Of a stretch of DNA of 64,000 bases, positions 1-9,843 are shown piece after piece. A model generated the notes under the pieces. That model worked only from the letters and a program-made list of their open reading frames with translations. It searched no databases and was not told the origin of the DNA. Source of the DNA: Candidatus Altimarinota bacterium (GTDB lineage: Bacteria; Patescibacteriota; Gracilibacteria; UBA1369); contig OY782391.1 of NCBI GenBank assembly GCA_963677745.1, positions 768,001 to 832,000 on the forward strand. The letters run 5' to 3'. Position 1 is the stretch's first letter; every line of letters starts with the position of its first letter. Both the position numbers and the translations under genes were made by a program.

Positions 1-2
1 AC

Positions 3-335
3 ATTCCCGACGTAATCAACAAGGGGTTGGCCTACGCTATCCTGCTCGCAGGTATTTTATCGGTTGTTTTCATCATCGTCGGAGGTTTTTCTTTCATTCT
101 TTCCGGAGGCAACGAAGAAAAAATCAAACAGGCGGTCGGTACGATCAGATATGCCATTATCGGCTTGATTATAACGATTTTGTCAGTTGTGATTGTTCAG
201 GCGGTCGGCCAGTTTATAGGACTGAATGTGGTTAAATATCTGGATCTTGGCGAAATCTACCGCAATGTCCAGAGTCTCGGCGAAGCCTTCCAAAGCAGTG
301 GTGGCAGCTCCGGAGGCACGGTCTCCCTGGATTAA
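3..335 (+). CDS. TrbC/VirB2-like pilin-family membrane protein (5' end outside window)
   Basis: Frame is open from the window start. Two hydrophobic helices around GG-x-EEKIKQA-x-TIRYAIIG match the CPR pilin pattern and resemble 60012..60392. Confidence 0.7.
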   Translation: MPDVINKGLAYAILLAGILSVVFIIVGGFSFILSGGNEEKIKQAVGTIRYAIIGLIITILSVVIVQAVGQFIGLNVVKYLDLGEIYRNVQSLGEAFQSSGGSSGGTVSLD

Positions 336-341
336 ACCGTT

Positions 342-1187
342 TTATTTGGTCAGCAATATCAATACCAGAATCAGCAGAAACCCAATAAAAAGTTTCTGCT
401 TTTTGTGATCCTCTTTGAAATACAGCAGTCCCGACAGGGATGACCACAGTATGCCGCTGGCTCTGCGCGCGGTCAGAATGACCGAAGGGGCGGCAAAGAC
501 ATAGGCATAGGAAGATAACATTCCCCCAAATGCCATGCTCAGGGCCTGTACCATTGAGACCGGTTTGAAAAGAAATTTGGAAAGTTTCTCCCTGGTTTTA
601 AACCTCAAAATAAGCAGCAAAAACAGTGTCAAAATCGCATAAATGATCAGTTGTTCAGCCGCCACCGAATTAAAATTGGTTATGTCGTATTTATAAATGG
701 TAATGGCCAGCACGGGATTGATTGAGGAAAAAATCAGCAGAGCCAAACCTTTTTTACTCGTTACGTTTTTGGAAAAACTGTAAAGAATAATGCCGCACAA
801 AAGCAGCATGGCAATGATTTGAATCGGGTCGATCAGATAGCCGATGCTGATGTCGATCAACAAAAGCAGCGGGACTGTCAGAATTTTAACAAATGAAAAA
901 GCTGTTCTCTCGGCTATTTCAATTGCCTTCAGCGTAAAGTATACCTGGGCCATATCCAGCACCGCCCGCATTCCCAGAAAGGGCACACTGGCCCAGTTGA
1001 ATCGGAATTGCTCAAATCCCAGCAGAACTATCAGCAGCATTAAAATCATCGTGCTGAAATGTTGCAGAAATCCCATCATGAAAATGCTTTCGTGGCCTTC
1101 CTGTGTTTCTTTTTTACCGACGCTGCAGGAAATCTCCTCGAAGAGGTTGGCGATGCTTTCCAGAAATATTCCCAGGGCTGCGCCCAT
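342..1187 (-). CDS. Multi-pass membrane protein, EamA/DMT-like
   Basis: 281 aa with about 10 hydrophobic segments in two halves; the second ends GLLYFKE. Confidence 0.55.
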   Translation of the reverse strand: MGAALGIFLESIANLFEEISCSVGKKETQEGHESIFMMGFLQHFSTMILMLLIVLLGFEQFRFNWASVPFLGMRAVLDMAQVYFTLKAIEIAERTAFSFVKILTVPLLLLIDISIGYLIDPIQIIAMLLLCGIILYSFSKNVTSKKGLALLIFSSINPVLAITIYKYDITNFNSVAAEQLIIYAILTLFLLLILRFKTREKLSKFLFKPVSMVQALSMAFGGMLSSYAYVFAAPSVILTARRASGILWSSLSGLLYFKEDHKKQKLFIGFLLILVLILLTK

Positions 1188-1192
1188 GATAA

Positions 1193-1936
1193 TTATCTAA
1201 AAAGTTTTCTCACGATGTGCTGCCAGTCATAGGGGAATTTGAATGTTTCCAGGGCTCTGACCATGGCTGCAAAAACGCTCCACAGGTCGTGTTTGTCGAA
1301 TAAAAAGGCGTTTCCGGTCTCTTCATTGGGTTTATAATTTTCCAGCAGCACCGAAGTTTCTTCGGCCACAATTACCACACCGTAATTCATCAGAAGCTTG
1401 ATCAAATCTTCCTGATGATGGAATATCACGGCAATATCCGCGGCCAGCAGCAGCCGGTCGATTTCCTTTTCTTCCCTGCCCCGTCCGCTGTCATCCTGTT
1501 GGGGGTTATACCAGATGATCTGGCCGGCCTTGTGATTGGCCAGCTCCGAAAGATTATTCAAATCCGAAGGTTGCTGTGTATCTACCACCACTACCTTGAC
1601 GTTCAAAACAAGCAGACCATCCAGCAAGCTGAAAAGTTTTTCGCGAGGAAAAAGTTCTCTTTCTCCGTTCAGTTCGGTGGCGAATACCATTACCAGAGCG
1701 GTTTTCAGGTCTTCTTTGCTTTCACATTTTCCCTTTTTATCAAAATGACAGAGTATCTCCTGTTTGGCCTCTTTTTTTGCCTGCATCAGCATTGACAGCA
1801 TTTTCTGGCCGTGGGCGGTGCTTTCCTCCTCCATCATGTCCAGATAAACCTGGCCCTTGGAAAAGGCTTCCAGATCGGTCTTTTTGACAGTTTTTTTGAG
1901 GAGTTTTTTACCGGTGATGTTTTTGGACTTGGGCAT
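1193..1936 (-). CDS. Hypothetical protein resembling the C-terminal domain of glycogen synthase (GT-B)
   Basis: LLAADIAV...GNAFLFDKHDLWSVFAAMVRALETF..PYDWQHIV resembles the GlgA C-terminus; the N-terminal domain is absent. Confidence 0.5.
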   Translation of the reverse strand: MPKSKNITGKKLLKKTVKKTDLEAFSKGQVYLDMMEEESTAHGQKMLSMLMQAKKEAKQEILCHFDKKGKCESKEDLKTALVMVFATELNGERELFPREKLFSLLDGLLVLNVKVVVVDTQQPSDLNNLSELANHKAGQIIWYNPQQDDSGRGREEKEIDRLLLAADIAVIFHHQEDLIKLLMNYGVVIVAEETSVLLENYKPNEETGNAFLFDKHDLWSVFAAMVRALETFKFPYDWQHIVRKLFR

Positions 1937-2042
1937 GGTTGGTGACTATTGTTTAAAACGGTTGGATTCTGTAAATTGCTTTTGAAATTGATTGATCTCT
2001 ACATTTTAGCAAATTTTTCGTTTTCCATAAAGCCCCCGGCCC

Positions 2043-2960
2043 ATGAAAAAACTACTTCTGATTGACGGAAATGCGATTTTCCATCGCGCATTCCATGCCC
2101 TTCCTCTTCTTACCGATGCCCAGGGGCGTGTTACCAACGCGGTTTATGGTTTTACCAGAATGCTTTTTGAGATAATAAAAAAGGAAAAACCGGACTATTT
2201 GGCCATTGCTTTCGACCATAAGGACAAAACCTTTCGTCATCATGAATTTACGGAATACAAGGCTACCCGGGCCGCCCCTCCCCCGGAACTTTACCCGCAG
2301 CTGCCGCTGCTGATGGAGCTGCTGGAAATTTTTGATATTCCCGTTTTCCAGAAATCCGGATTCGAAGCTGATGACATTATCGGGACTCTGGCTACCCAGG
2401 GCGAACAGCAACCGGAATTGAATACTCTGATTCTGACCGGCGACAAGGACGCTTTTCAGCTGGTTTCACCGCATGTCAGCGTGATCGTTCCTATCAAGGG
2501 GATGAGTGAGACAGCTACTTTCGACCCCTCCGCCGTGCAAAATAAAATGGGCCTCAAGCCCGAGCAAATCGTCGACTACAAAGCCCTCCGGGGCGATGCC
2601 TCCGACAATATTCCCGGCGTCAAAGGAATCGGTGAAAAACAGGCGGTGGAGATGCTGCAAAAATACGACAACCTCGACAATCTTTACCGGCACCTTGATG
2701 AACTGAAGCCGGCCCAACGGCAGAAACTGCAGGAGAAAAAAGAGACCGCCTACCTCAGCCGGAAAATGGCCACGATTATCCGTGATATGCCGATTCATCT
2801 CGATCTGGAAGCCTGCCGGTTACACACCCTGCCTCTGGAAAAAGCCCGGGAAGCGCTGACGACACTGGGTTTTAAGACTCTGCTCAAAAATCTGAATGAG
2901 CTGTCTTTGCTTTTTGAAGCCAGACAACATCAGGAAAGACAGCCAAGCTTATTCGAATAA
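2043..2960 (+). CDS. Stand-alone 5'-3' exonuclease / flap endonuclease (PolA N-terminal domain only)
   Basis: LLIDGNAIFHRAFHA, EYKATR, EADDIIGT, TGDKD and GDASDNIPGVKGIGEK motifs; stops at 305 aa. Confidence 0.92.
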   Translation: MKKLLLIDGNAIFHRAFHALPLLTDAQGRVTNAVYGFTRMLFEIIKKEKPDYLAIAFDHKDKTFRHHEFTEYKATRAAPPPELYPQLPLLMELLEIFDIPVFQKSGFEADDIIGTLATQGEQQPELNTLILTGDKDAFQLVSPHVSVIVPIKGMSETATFDPSAVQNKMGLKPEQIVDYKALRGDASDNIPGVKGIGEKQAVEMLQKYDNLDNLYRHLDELKPAQRQKLQEKKETAYLSRKMATIIRDMPIHLDLEACRLHTLPLEKAREALTTLGFKTLLKNLNELSLLFEARQHQERQPSLFE

Positions 2961-3028
2961 AAGTTGTTTTTTAGTAGACTTTACTATATATTTTCTGGCG
3001 GACTACAAGCGAATTTTCATTTTATCAA

Positions 3029-4267
3029 ATGGCAAAAGTAAGAGTAATCGCCAGTCTCGACATTGGTAGCTCCAAAATTCGTACCGTTGTTGGTACCCTG
3101 GAGGAAGGATCACAGGTGCCAAATATCATTGGGGTGGGCATTGCTCCCTCCACCGGTATGCGTAAAGGAGCCATTATCGATGTGGAAGAGACTATCAATT
3201 CTATTTCCTCCTCACTGGAGGATGCTGAAAGAATGGCTGGAGAACCTATCAACCACGTATTTCTGGGTATTGGCGGCAATAACATCGAATCGATCAATTC
3301 CAAAGGTGTAATAGCTGTATCCCATGCCGGCAACGAAATCACCGAGGATGACGTGGACCGGGTTCTGGAAGCCGCCCAGGCTGTTTCCATCCCCTCCAAC
3401 CGCCGCATTCTGCGCATCATTCCCAAATCGTTTACGGTTGATGAACAAAAGGGCATTAAATATCCGGTGGGCATGACGGGTATCCGTCTGGAAGTGGAAG
3501 CCCATATTATTACCGGACTGGTTCCCGCCATCAAGAATGTCGAAAAATGTGTTCTGCAGGCCGGCGTGGACATCGATGATATTATCCCTTCCTGTCTGGC
3601 TTCCGCTGAAGCGGTCTTGTCCAAGAGACAAAAAGAGCTGGGCGTGGTGGTGGTGGACATCGGTTCCGGCGGAACTTCCGTCAGTGTTTTTGAAGAAGGC
3701 ACCACCCTGCATACAGGAGTGATTCCGGTGGGCGGGGAAAATGTCACCAATGACATCGCTATCGGACTGCGGACTTCCATCGACACCGCTGAAAAAATCA
3801 AGATTGAATACGGCACCTGTTCACCTCTGGACGTTAACGAGCGCGAAATTATTGATCTCTCCCTGATCAGCAAGATCGACACGCAGAAAGTGGCCAAGAG
3901 GCATATGGCTGAAATTATTGAAGCCCGTTATCATGAGATCTTTTTGCTGGTTCGAGATGAGCTGGCCCGCATCAACCGTGACGGCATGTTGCCGGCCGGA
4001 GCCATCCTTACCGGCGCTTCCGTGAAAATCCCCGGAATTCTGGATCTGGCCAGAGAAACTTTGAATCTGCCGGTACAGATAGGATTCCCCCAGAACTTCG
4101 ACGGCGTGGTTGATAAAATCGACGATCCGGCGTATGCTACCGCCATCGGTTTAATACTGTGGGGCTCCAGACTGGAACACCGTTCTTACGGTTTCAATCT
4201 CAAGGGAATAAATATCAAAAAATCACTGGGCGGCGTCAAGGATTGGTTTAAGAGTTTGTTTCCTTGA
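3029..4267 (+). CDS. ftsA: Cell division protein FtsA
   Basis: LDIGSSKI, VVDIGSGGT, VGGENVTNDIA and YATAIGL motifs; lies upstream of ftsZ. Confidence 0.97.
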   Translation: MAKVRVIASLDIGSSKIRTVVGTLEEGSQVPNIIGVGIAPSTGMRKGAIIDVEETINSISSSLEDAERMAGEPINHVFLGIGGNNIESINSKGVIAVSHAGNEITEDDVDRVLEAAQAVSIPSNRRILRIIPKSFTVDEQKGIKYPVGMTGIRLEVEAHIITGLVPAIKNVEKCVLQAGVDIDDIIPSCLASAEAVLSKRQKELGVVVVDIGSGGTSVSVFEEGTTLHTGVIPVGGENVTNDIAIGLRTSIDTAEKIKIEYGTCSPLDVNEREIIDLSLISKIDTQKVAKRHMAEIIEARYHEIFLLVRDELARINRDGMLPAGAILTGASVKIPGILDLARETLNLPVQIGFPQNFDGVVDKIDDPAYATAIGLILWGSRLEHRSYGFNLKGINIKKSLGGVKDWFKSLFP

Positions 4268-4319
4268 TTGATTTGAGAAAAAAGCCCTGAAAGCCCCGTC
4301 TGTGAATTAGAAAATACTA

Positions 4320-4349
4320 TTGACACATAATCAAATTAACGGTAATAAT
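4320..4349 (+). promoter_or_regulatory. Putative sigma70 promoter of ftsZ
   Basis: TTGACA at 4320 followed after 17 nt by TAATAAT. Confidence 0.5.
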
Positions 4350-4443
4350 TATCCCCTCCTTGTAAAAAGGAGCAAGGTATAGCCACAGGTTAAAAATAAC
4401 ATTAACAATATACCGTCCAAGTAATAATATAGCACCACAAACT

Positions 4444-5664
4444 ATGGCAATCAGCAATCACCAAAAAGACTCTCTCCGAAACCTCTTTTCCGGTTCCAGT
4501 TCATTGGGAAAAAAGACCATGGAAGTAGTCCCGGAAGGGGTTACACCGGTTGCCCGTATTAAAGTGGTCGGAGTCGGAGGTGGTGGAAACAATGCTCTGG
4601 AAAGAATGATTAAATCCAACCTCAACGGTATTGAATATATTGCTGTAAACACCGATGCTCAGGCTCTGCATCATTCCAACGCCAATTTCAAAATCAACAT
4701 CGGCAAGGCCACCACGCGTGGTCTGGGAGCCGGTGCCAATCCGGATATCGGCCGTCAGGCCGCTGAGGAAAGTGCCGAGGAACTGCGCGAGGCGTTGATG
4801 GGTACCGACATGGTTTTCATCACTGCCGGAATGGGAGGTGGAACCGGTACAGGTGGTTCTCCGGTTATTGCCGAAATTGCCAAAGAACTGGGTATTCTGA
4901 CTGTAGCCGTGGTTACCAAGCCCTTCTCCTTTGAAGGCAACCGCCGCAGACAACAGGCCGAAGACGGTCTGGAAAATCTGCGCAATAAGGTTGATACGCT
5001 CATTACTATTCCAAACGACAAAATCCTTTCCATTATTGATAAAAAGACTCCTATTACCGAGGCCTTTACCGTGGTTGACGATGTTCTCCGCCAGGGCGTA
5101 CAGGGTATCGCCGACCTGATCACCGTACACGGCATGATCAACGTGGACTTTGCCGATGTTAAGACTGTCATGGAAAATTCCGGTTCCGCTTTGATGGGTA
5201 TCGGCTATGGTACCGGTGAAAACCGTTCCATTGATGCCGCCAAGGCCGCCATTGAATCTCCTCTGCTGGAGCTCTCCATCGACGGTGCCAAAGGCGTGCT
5301 GTTCAACATTACCGGTGGTAACGATCTGAGCATGTTTGAGGTTGATGAAGCTGCCAGAATCATTACCGAAGCCGCCGATCCGGATGCCAATATCATCTTC
5401 GGTGCGGTTATCAACGACTCTTACACCGGCGAAATCAAGATCACCGTGGTTGCCACGGGCTTTGATGACAGCCCCCGCGAAAAACCGACTATCCTGCGCC
5501 AGCACATGCCTTTGACCAGCGGTATCAGAAGCTCCAGCGTCAATACTTCCGAGGCTATTGCGGCTACCCGCAATACCGACGGCAGCGGCAATGTCAGTGC
5601 CACCAAGAGTATTGAAAGCGAACTGGATGTTCCCGCTTTCATCCGCCGCAAGATGGACAGATAA
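4444..5664 (+). CDS. ftsZ: Cell division protein FtsZ
   Basis: [10 protein letters not shown], the GGGTGTG tubulin motif, INVDFADV and C-terminal LDVPAFIRR. Confidence 0.99.
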   Translation: MAISNHQKDSLRNLFSGSSSLGKKTMEVVPEGVTPVARIKVVGVGGGGNNALERMIKSNLNGIEYIAVNTDAQALHHSNANFKINIGKATTRGLGAGANPDIGRQAAEESAEELREALMGTDMVFITAGMGGGTGTGGSPVIAEIAKELGILTVAVVTKPFSFEGNRRRQQAEDGLENLRNKVDTLITIPNDKILSIIDKKTPITEAFTVVDDVLRQGVQGIADLITVHGMINVDFADVKTVMENSGSALMGIGYGTGENRSIDAAKAAIESPLLELSIDGAKGVLFNITGGNDLSMFEVDEAARIITEAADPDANIIFGAVINDSYTGEIKITVVATGFDDSPREKPTILRQHMPLTSGIRSSSVNTSEAIAATRNTDGSGNVSATKSIESELDVPAFIRRKMDR

Positions 5665-5709
5665 GCAGTTACCCTGCTTTTCTCCGTGCCATTGTCTATC
5701 TGGAATTAT

Positions 5710-6579
5710 TTATCTCCCGGTTTTGTTGTGCGTGGTCAGCAGGGCGGTCATGATCAATCCCCGCGTTGCTTCGCCCAGGTCGGTTCCTTCCGGCAGCAGA
5801 CTTTGAGGACTGCGGCCTTCGGTATCACCGGTCAGTATCGGCAAAACGAGCTTCAGTCCGGTGCGCACCGAGACGGGTGGCAGGCTGTCTGTAGTTTGAA
5901 TGTTTTTTCTCACAAAGGCTAATAGCTGCTCCTTGAATAGCCACAATTTTATGTCATCAATCACTATATCCCGGCCATCAATCCGGTGTTTTTCCGGATG
6001 CCCGGCGGTCGGGGAAGTGACAGCGGCATTTTCCAATAAGGGCAGCGCTTCAGCAAAATCGGGTTCCCTCGATTTTGACAGGTCATTGCTCACGCCAAAA
6101 GTTTTCTCCAGATAGGCGGTCACAACTTCCAGCAGATTTAACGATTTTAACAGTAACTTATGCGGTTCTTTCGACAAATGCTGATCAGGGAAAATCGGAG
6201 GTTTTACATTTTCCAGCACCCTCAGCACATCGGTGTGTTTTTCATCCGGACTGGAGTTAATGTCCAGGGAATAGGCGGTGATTTCCAGATCACCGGACTG
6301 CCTGTTGATTCTGAGCACAGGCAAAAGAGCAATCGAAGGGGGCACCGAAACTGCAATTGAGGAAACCCTGCCCTGTCTGATTTTTTCGGCTATCAGCATC
6401 ATAATTTCACGGCAATCCTGCACGAATTCGTCCGTACTCTCCTGTGTCGCCACCAACAGGAGCTGCATCAATTCCAAATCAGCTTTTTCCTCCTGTGAGG
6501 TAGATCTGTCCGCAACTTTGTCCTCCACTGCACCGTCGCCGCCAGAAATCTCTTCTGCCCCTCCTTTTTGCATGGACAT
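5710..6579 (-). CDS. Hypothetical protein
   Basis: 289 aa ORF filling the gap between ftsZ and murB; no motif recognised. Confidence 0.6.
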   Translation of the reverse strand: MSMQKGGAEEISGGDGAVEDKVADRSTSQEEKADLELMQLLLVATQESTDEFVQDCREIMMLIAEKIRQGRVSSIAVSVPPSIALLPVLRINRQSGDLEITAYSLDINSSPDEKHTDVLRVLENVKPPIFPDQHLSKEPHKLLLKSLNLLEVVTAYLEKTFGVSNDLSKSREPDFAEALPLLENAAVTSPTAGHPEKHRIDGRDIVIDDIKLWLFKEQLLAFVRKNIQTTDSLPPVSVRTGLKLVLPILTGDTEGRSPQSLLPEGTDLGEATRGLIMTALLTTHNKTGR

Positions 6580-6657
6580 AAGCCAAAATTAGGTTAATCA
6601 AATTATTCACATTCCTCAAAAAAGTTTACACCCCCCTCCCTAAAACACAACATAAAC

Positions 6658-7638
6658 TCAGGATGGGGCAAATTCGTCATGCAGAAAACCGTGCTCGCCC
6701 ACCAATGCCACTTCCCTTTCCATTTTTATCCGGAACTTTTCCCATACTGTTTTTTGGATTTCCCGGCTCAACTTGATAATGTCTTGTTGTGTTGCAGTTC
6801 CGTCGCTCATCAAAAAATTGGCGTGCTGTTCACTGATATACGCGCCACCCAGATGTTTGCCTTTAAATCCTGATTGTTCGATCAGCTGCCCGGCCGATTG
6901 CCCCACACCGATCGAATTGCGGCAGGGATTTTTGAAAAAAGATCCTGCCGATGGCCCATGGGGATGTTTTCCCAGTCGTGAAGTGATTATTGCTTTAGCT
7001 TCTTCCAGAGCGGCCTGGCCATCACCGGGAATCAGTCTCAGCCAGACTTTCAGGACAATCTCATTGTTGGTTTTGAATTTGGAATGTCTGTAGGAAAATC
7101 CGGCATAATCCGGGCCCACCTCTTTAATTTCTCCGCTTTCCGGATCCAGGACCAGGGCTTTCTCAAAAAGATGTTTGATTTCCAGTCCGTAAGCACCCGC
7201 ATTGCCCCTCACCGCTCCGCCGATTGAGCCCGGAATTCCCATCATTTTCTGCATACCGGTAAGATTGTGTTTCAGGGCATACTGAATGATCTGTGAAAGC
7301 AGGGTTCCGCTGTCGGCTTCCAGCAATTGGCCTGCCGGGCGGTAATTGTCATCGCCTTCCCCGCCGACTGCCTCAGCCGGCTCGCCGAGCGTTATTTTGC
7401 GGGCGAGATTGCGTATCACCAGCCCCCGGAAACCCTTTTCCGAAAACACAACATTACTGCCCCAGGCCAATAGAATAAAAGGCAGTTTGTCCTTGCGACA
7501 GCCCTCAATCACGGTTGGAATAGTCATAATGTCACGGGCCTCATAAAAATAGTCGGCCGGCCCGCCGATCTGAAAAGTAGTGAACTGGGATAAAGGCACA
7601 TTTTTCTGTATTCCCTCAATTTTTTCCAAAAAGGACAT
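6658..7638 (-). CDS. murB: UDP-N-acetylenolpyruvoylglucosamine reductase
   Basis: TTFQIGGPAD, GSNVV, GIPGSIGGAVRGNAGAYG, SAGSFFKNP and HANF motifs. Start placed at MSFLEK (7638). Confidence 0.96.
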   Translation of the reverse strand: MSFLEKIEGIQKNVPLSQFTTFQIGGPADYFYEARDIMTIPTVIEGCRKDKLPFILLAWGSNVVFSEKGFRGLVIRNLARKITLGEPAEAVGGEGDDNYRPAGQLLEADSGTLLSQIIQYALKHNLTGMQKMMGIPGSIGGAVRGNAGAYGLEIKHLFEKALVLDPESGEIKEVGPDYAGFSYRHSKFKTNNEIVLKVWLRLIPGDGQAALEEAKAIITSRLGKHPHGPSAGSFFKNPCRNSIGVGQSAGQLIEQSGFKGKHLGGAYISEQHANFLMSDGTATQQDIIKLSREIQKTVWEKFRIKMEREVALVGEHGFLHDEFAPS

Positions 7639-7759
7639 AACAAAAAAATCAAAATTATTAACGCGCCGACAGGTTACACCAAAATAAAAAATTTTCCAAC
7701 AAAGGGGTGGGTTGGCCGGCCGCGGAGCTCTCAAAGCGCCCGCAACCGGCCAAAACCTC

Positions 7760-8443
7760 TCACAGCTGGTCAGAATGATGGATGATGTCGTCCGGCCGGG
7801 TCGAGATCACCTTGAAGATGTCCCCCATTTCCTCTGACGAGGCCATCCTGGTGAATCTCACGTTCGCCAGGGCAAATATCTCCATGATATGCAGGACCCA
7901 GAGATTCCACTGCAGATCGTTGAGAGGCCCGTAATACGGCGACGTGATGTATCGTGTCTCCATGATCTTGGGACCGCCGGGAGTGGGGATGCTCGTCATG
8001 ATCCGGCCACAGTCACGCCTGTTCACCACGATCTGAACATCGGGGCAAACGGAGGGCTTGTGATGGCGACGGACCGGCAGCTTCAGCAGGTCTTCACCTA
8101 CCAGCATCAGGGCCTGAAGGTTGATCGAGGCCGAGTTGCAGATGTTGGTCTCTCCCACCTGATAGCCGCACCAGTCGAGCAGCTCTACAATGATTCGCAC
8201 CAGCTCATGCCTCAGAAACATGGGGATTCCCAGTTCCCAGGCATTATGGAGGAACCACGGTTGGCCACGAGTGGCCGACAAGAATCCCATCGGCTGAAAC
8301 CAGCATTCGGGATCTTCGCGAATCAACGCGACTCTTCCTTCTGCTTTCAGCACCAGATGTGTCGCATCTTTCAGCGACCTGCGCGTTCCCCGGTCATCCA
8401 GATAGGGATTCCACTGTCCCGGGAAAAATTCGACTTGATTCAT
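7760..8443 (-). CDS. Hypothetical protein (GC-rich orphan cassette)
   Basis: 227 aa. Has its own promoter (TTGACT-16-TAAAAT, minus strand near 8512-8539), a purine-rich leader AAGGCGGAATAGG before the ATG, and a GC hairpin after the stop. Confidence 0.6.
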   Translation of the reverse strand: MNQVEFFPGQWNPYLDDRGTRRSLKDATHLVLKAEGRVALIREDPECWFQPMGFLSATRGQPWFLHNAWELGIPMFLRHELVRIIVELLDWCGYQVGETNICNSASINLQALMLVGEDLLKLPVRRHHKPSVCPDVQIVVNRRDCGRIMTSIPTPGGPKIMETRYITSPYYGPLNDLQWNLWVLHIMEIFALANVRFTRMASSEEMGDIFKVISTRPDDIIHHSDQL

Positions 8444-8567
8444 CCTATTCCGCCTTGTGAAAGGTCAAACAGCCTGCATTCCCAACCAGTTGAGAAGCAG
8501 ACAACGCCGGCATTTTAGTTATTATTTGTCAAAAGTCAAATAACATTTAAAAAGTAATTTTGCGAGC

Positions 8568-8596
8568 TTGACTTGCCCAACCCTTTCGCCTATCAT
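8568..8596 (+). promoter_or_regulatory. sigma70 promoter of tRNA-Thr
   Basis: TTGACT-17-TATCAT. Confidence 0.65.
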
Positions 8597-8644
8597 CAAG
8601 CCCGCCAAAGCAGGCAGCAGAACTTAAACAATTGGCTTACTTAT

Positions 8645-8720
8645 GCCACTTTAGCTCAGTTGGTAGAGCAACTGTTTTGTAAACAGTAGGTCGTCGGTTC
8701 GAGTCCGACAAGTGGCTCCA
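8645..8720 (+). tRNA. tRNA-Thr(UGU)
   Basis: GCCACTTTAGCTCAGTTGGTAGAGC..., anticodon arm ACTGT-TTTGTAA-ACAGT, T-arm GGTTCGAGTCC, encoded CCA. Confidence 0.98.
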
Positions 8721-8855
8721 GTTTATAATCAACAGGCCGGCAATGCTTATCTGCACCGGCCTTTTGATAATCCCCCCGTTTTTGCTCCCAACTACTTCTC
8801 CCGCTACACAGAAAACTTCACATAAGCATAGTCCGGCAGCGCCCTTTTTCCCAGG

Positions 8856-8895
8856 TGCGACATCCGCAAACGTAAGATTTTCTTACTTTTTCGAA
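8856..8895 (+). repeat. 40-bp palindromic intergenic element, copy 1
   Basis: TGCGACATCCGCAAACGTAAGATTTTCTTACTTTTTCGAA; 34/40 identical to 31789..31828. Confidence 0.8.
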
Positions 8896-8972
8896 TCCCG
8901 TTAGTCCCGTTACTCCTTCCACCAGCTTACTGGAAGAGGCGATCCGGGCCATGTCGGATTGCGTAAATTCTA

Positions 8973-9001
8973 TTGCCAAAAAAAATACCGCCGCTTATAT
9001 T
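8973..9001 (+). promoter_or_regulatory. sigma70 promoter of tRNA-Tyr
   Basis: TTGCCA-17-TATATT. Confidence 0.6.
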
Positions 9002-9036
9002 TAACACGCCGAAAACTACGGTACATTGACAGTCCT

Positions 9037-9123
9037 GGGCGGGTACTCAAGCGGCCAACGAGGACAGACTGTAAATCTGTTGACTTCTAGTCTACGAAGG
9101 TTCGAATCCTTCCCCGCCCACCA
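9037..9123 (+). tRNA. tRNA-Tyr(GUA)
   Basis: GGGCGGGTACTCAAGCGGCCAA..., anticodon arm ACAGA-CTGTAAA-TCTGT, long variable arm, GGTTCGAATCC, CCA end. Confidence 0.98.
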
Positions 9124-9293
9124 TGAAAAAACAGTCTCAGCAAAGCTGAGATATTTTTTTCATTGGGGAAGGATGAGAACCATAGGTTCGTTGACTGCAG
9201 CGAGCGAAACACAATCTGAAAATTTGTTTTCAGATTGTTGAGCGAGCAAAGGAACCCAAATGCGCAGCATTTGGTACACTTCCCCGCCCACCA
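9124..9293 (+). repeat. RtT-like tRNA-linked repeat ending in a copy of the tRNA-Tyr 3' end
   Basis: CTTCCCCGCCCACCA at 9109..9123 is repeated at 9279..9293. Internal GGGGAAGGATGAGAAC is near-complementary to the tRNA T-arm/acceptor. Several hairpins lie between. Confidence 0.7.
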
Positions 9294-9294
9294 G

Positions 9295-9327
9295 AATAAA
9301 AACGCACCCGCCGGGTGTCTTTTTATT
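9295..9327 (+). terminator. Intrinsic terminator
   Basis: AATAAAAAC-GCACCC-GCC-GGGTGT-CTTTTTATT. Confidence 0.6.
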
Positions 9328-9435
9328 CAAATTTATCCACTGATTATATTGTCATTCATCTAACAGACCGGAAGTTGACGGGGGGAGAGAAAGATGTTAA
9401 ATTGAGTGTCCGTTGTGATTTACAATTATAAACTT

Positions 9436-9828
9436 ATGACTAATTTAAAAGGAATTATAGCCGTTGGTGGTATGGTGTTAAGTGCTGCCGGCAGCACCGG
9501 TTGCAAAGCGGAAAACACTTCTCAGCCCGACTATCAATGTCAGCAGATTCCCCTGCCCGGAGAAAGAGAACTTACCGATCGGCAGGCCGTCGATCAATAT
9601 TGTCTGGAAAAACGTAATGGTATATTAAACTGTCTGGTGTCGTCCGGATTTCCCAAGCAATTAAGCGTGGGCTTCGGCCAGGTCGCCTGTCAGGATCCGG
9701 ATTTTGCCAAAAAGATGGACTACCTTTATTCGTCCGAAAATCATGTCAGCCATTCCTGTGTCACCGGCGGCGAGCCCTTGTCAAAATCATGTGAGGAGAT
9801 CAAAGTCAAAATCACCTCCCTTCCCTAA
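9436..9828 (+). CDS. Putative Cys-rich lipoprotein
   Basis: Hydrophobic N-terminus ending GSTG-C, with six further Cys. A TTGACG promoter lies upstream. Confidence 0.55.
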   Translation: MTNLKGIIAVGGMVLSAAGSTGCKAENTSQPDYQCQQIPLPGERELTDRQAVDQYCLEKRNGILNCLVSSGFPKQLSVGFGQVACQDPDFAKKMDYLYSSENHVSHSCVTGGEPLSKSCEEIKVKITSLP

Positions 9829-9843
9829 CCAAAAGTTTTAGCA

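Noticed and set aside
9026-9241. ORFs overlapping tRNA-Tyr (and 61725..61967 over tRNA-Pro)
   Set aside because: Spurious translations of tRNA genes.
9109-9293. attL/attR of a prophage or island at tRNA-Tyr
   Set aside because: Only 155 bp lie between the repeats, with no integrase; the internal structure fits a tRNA-linked repeat better.
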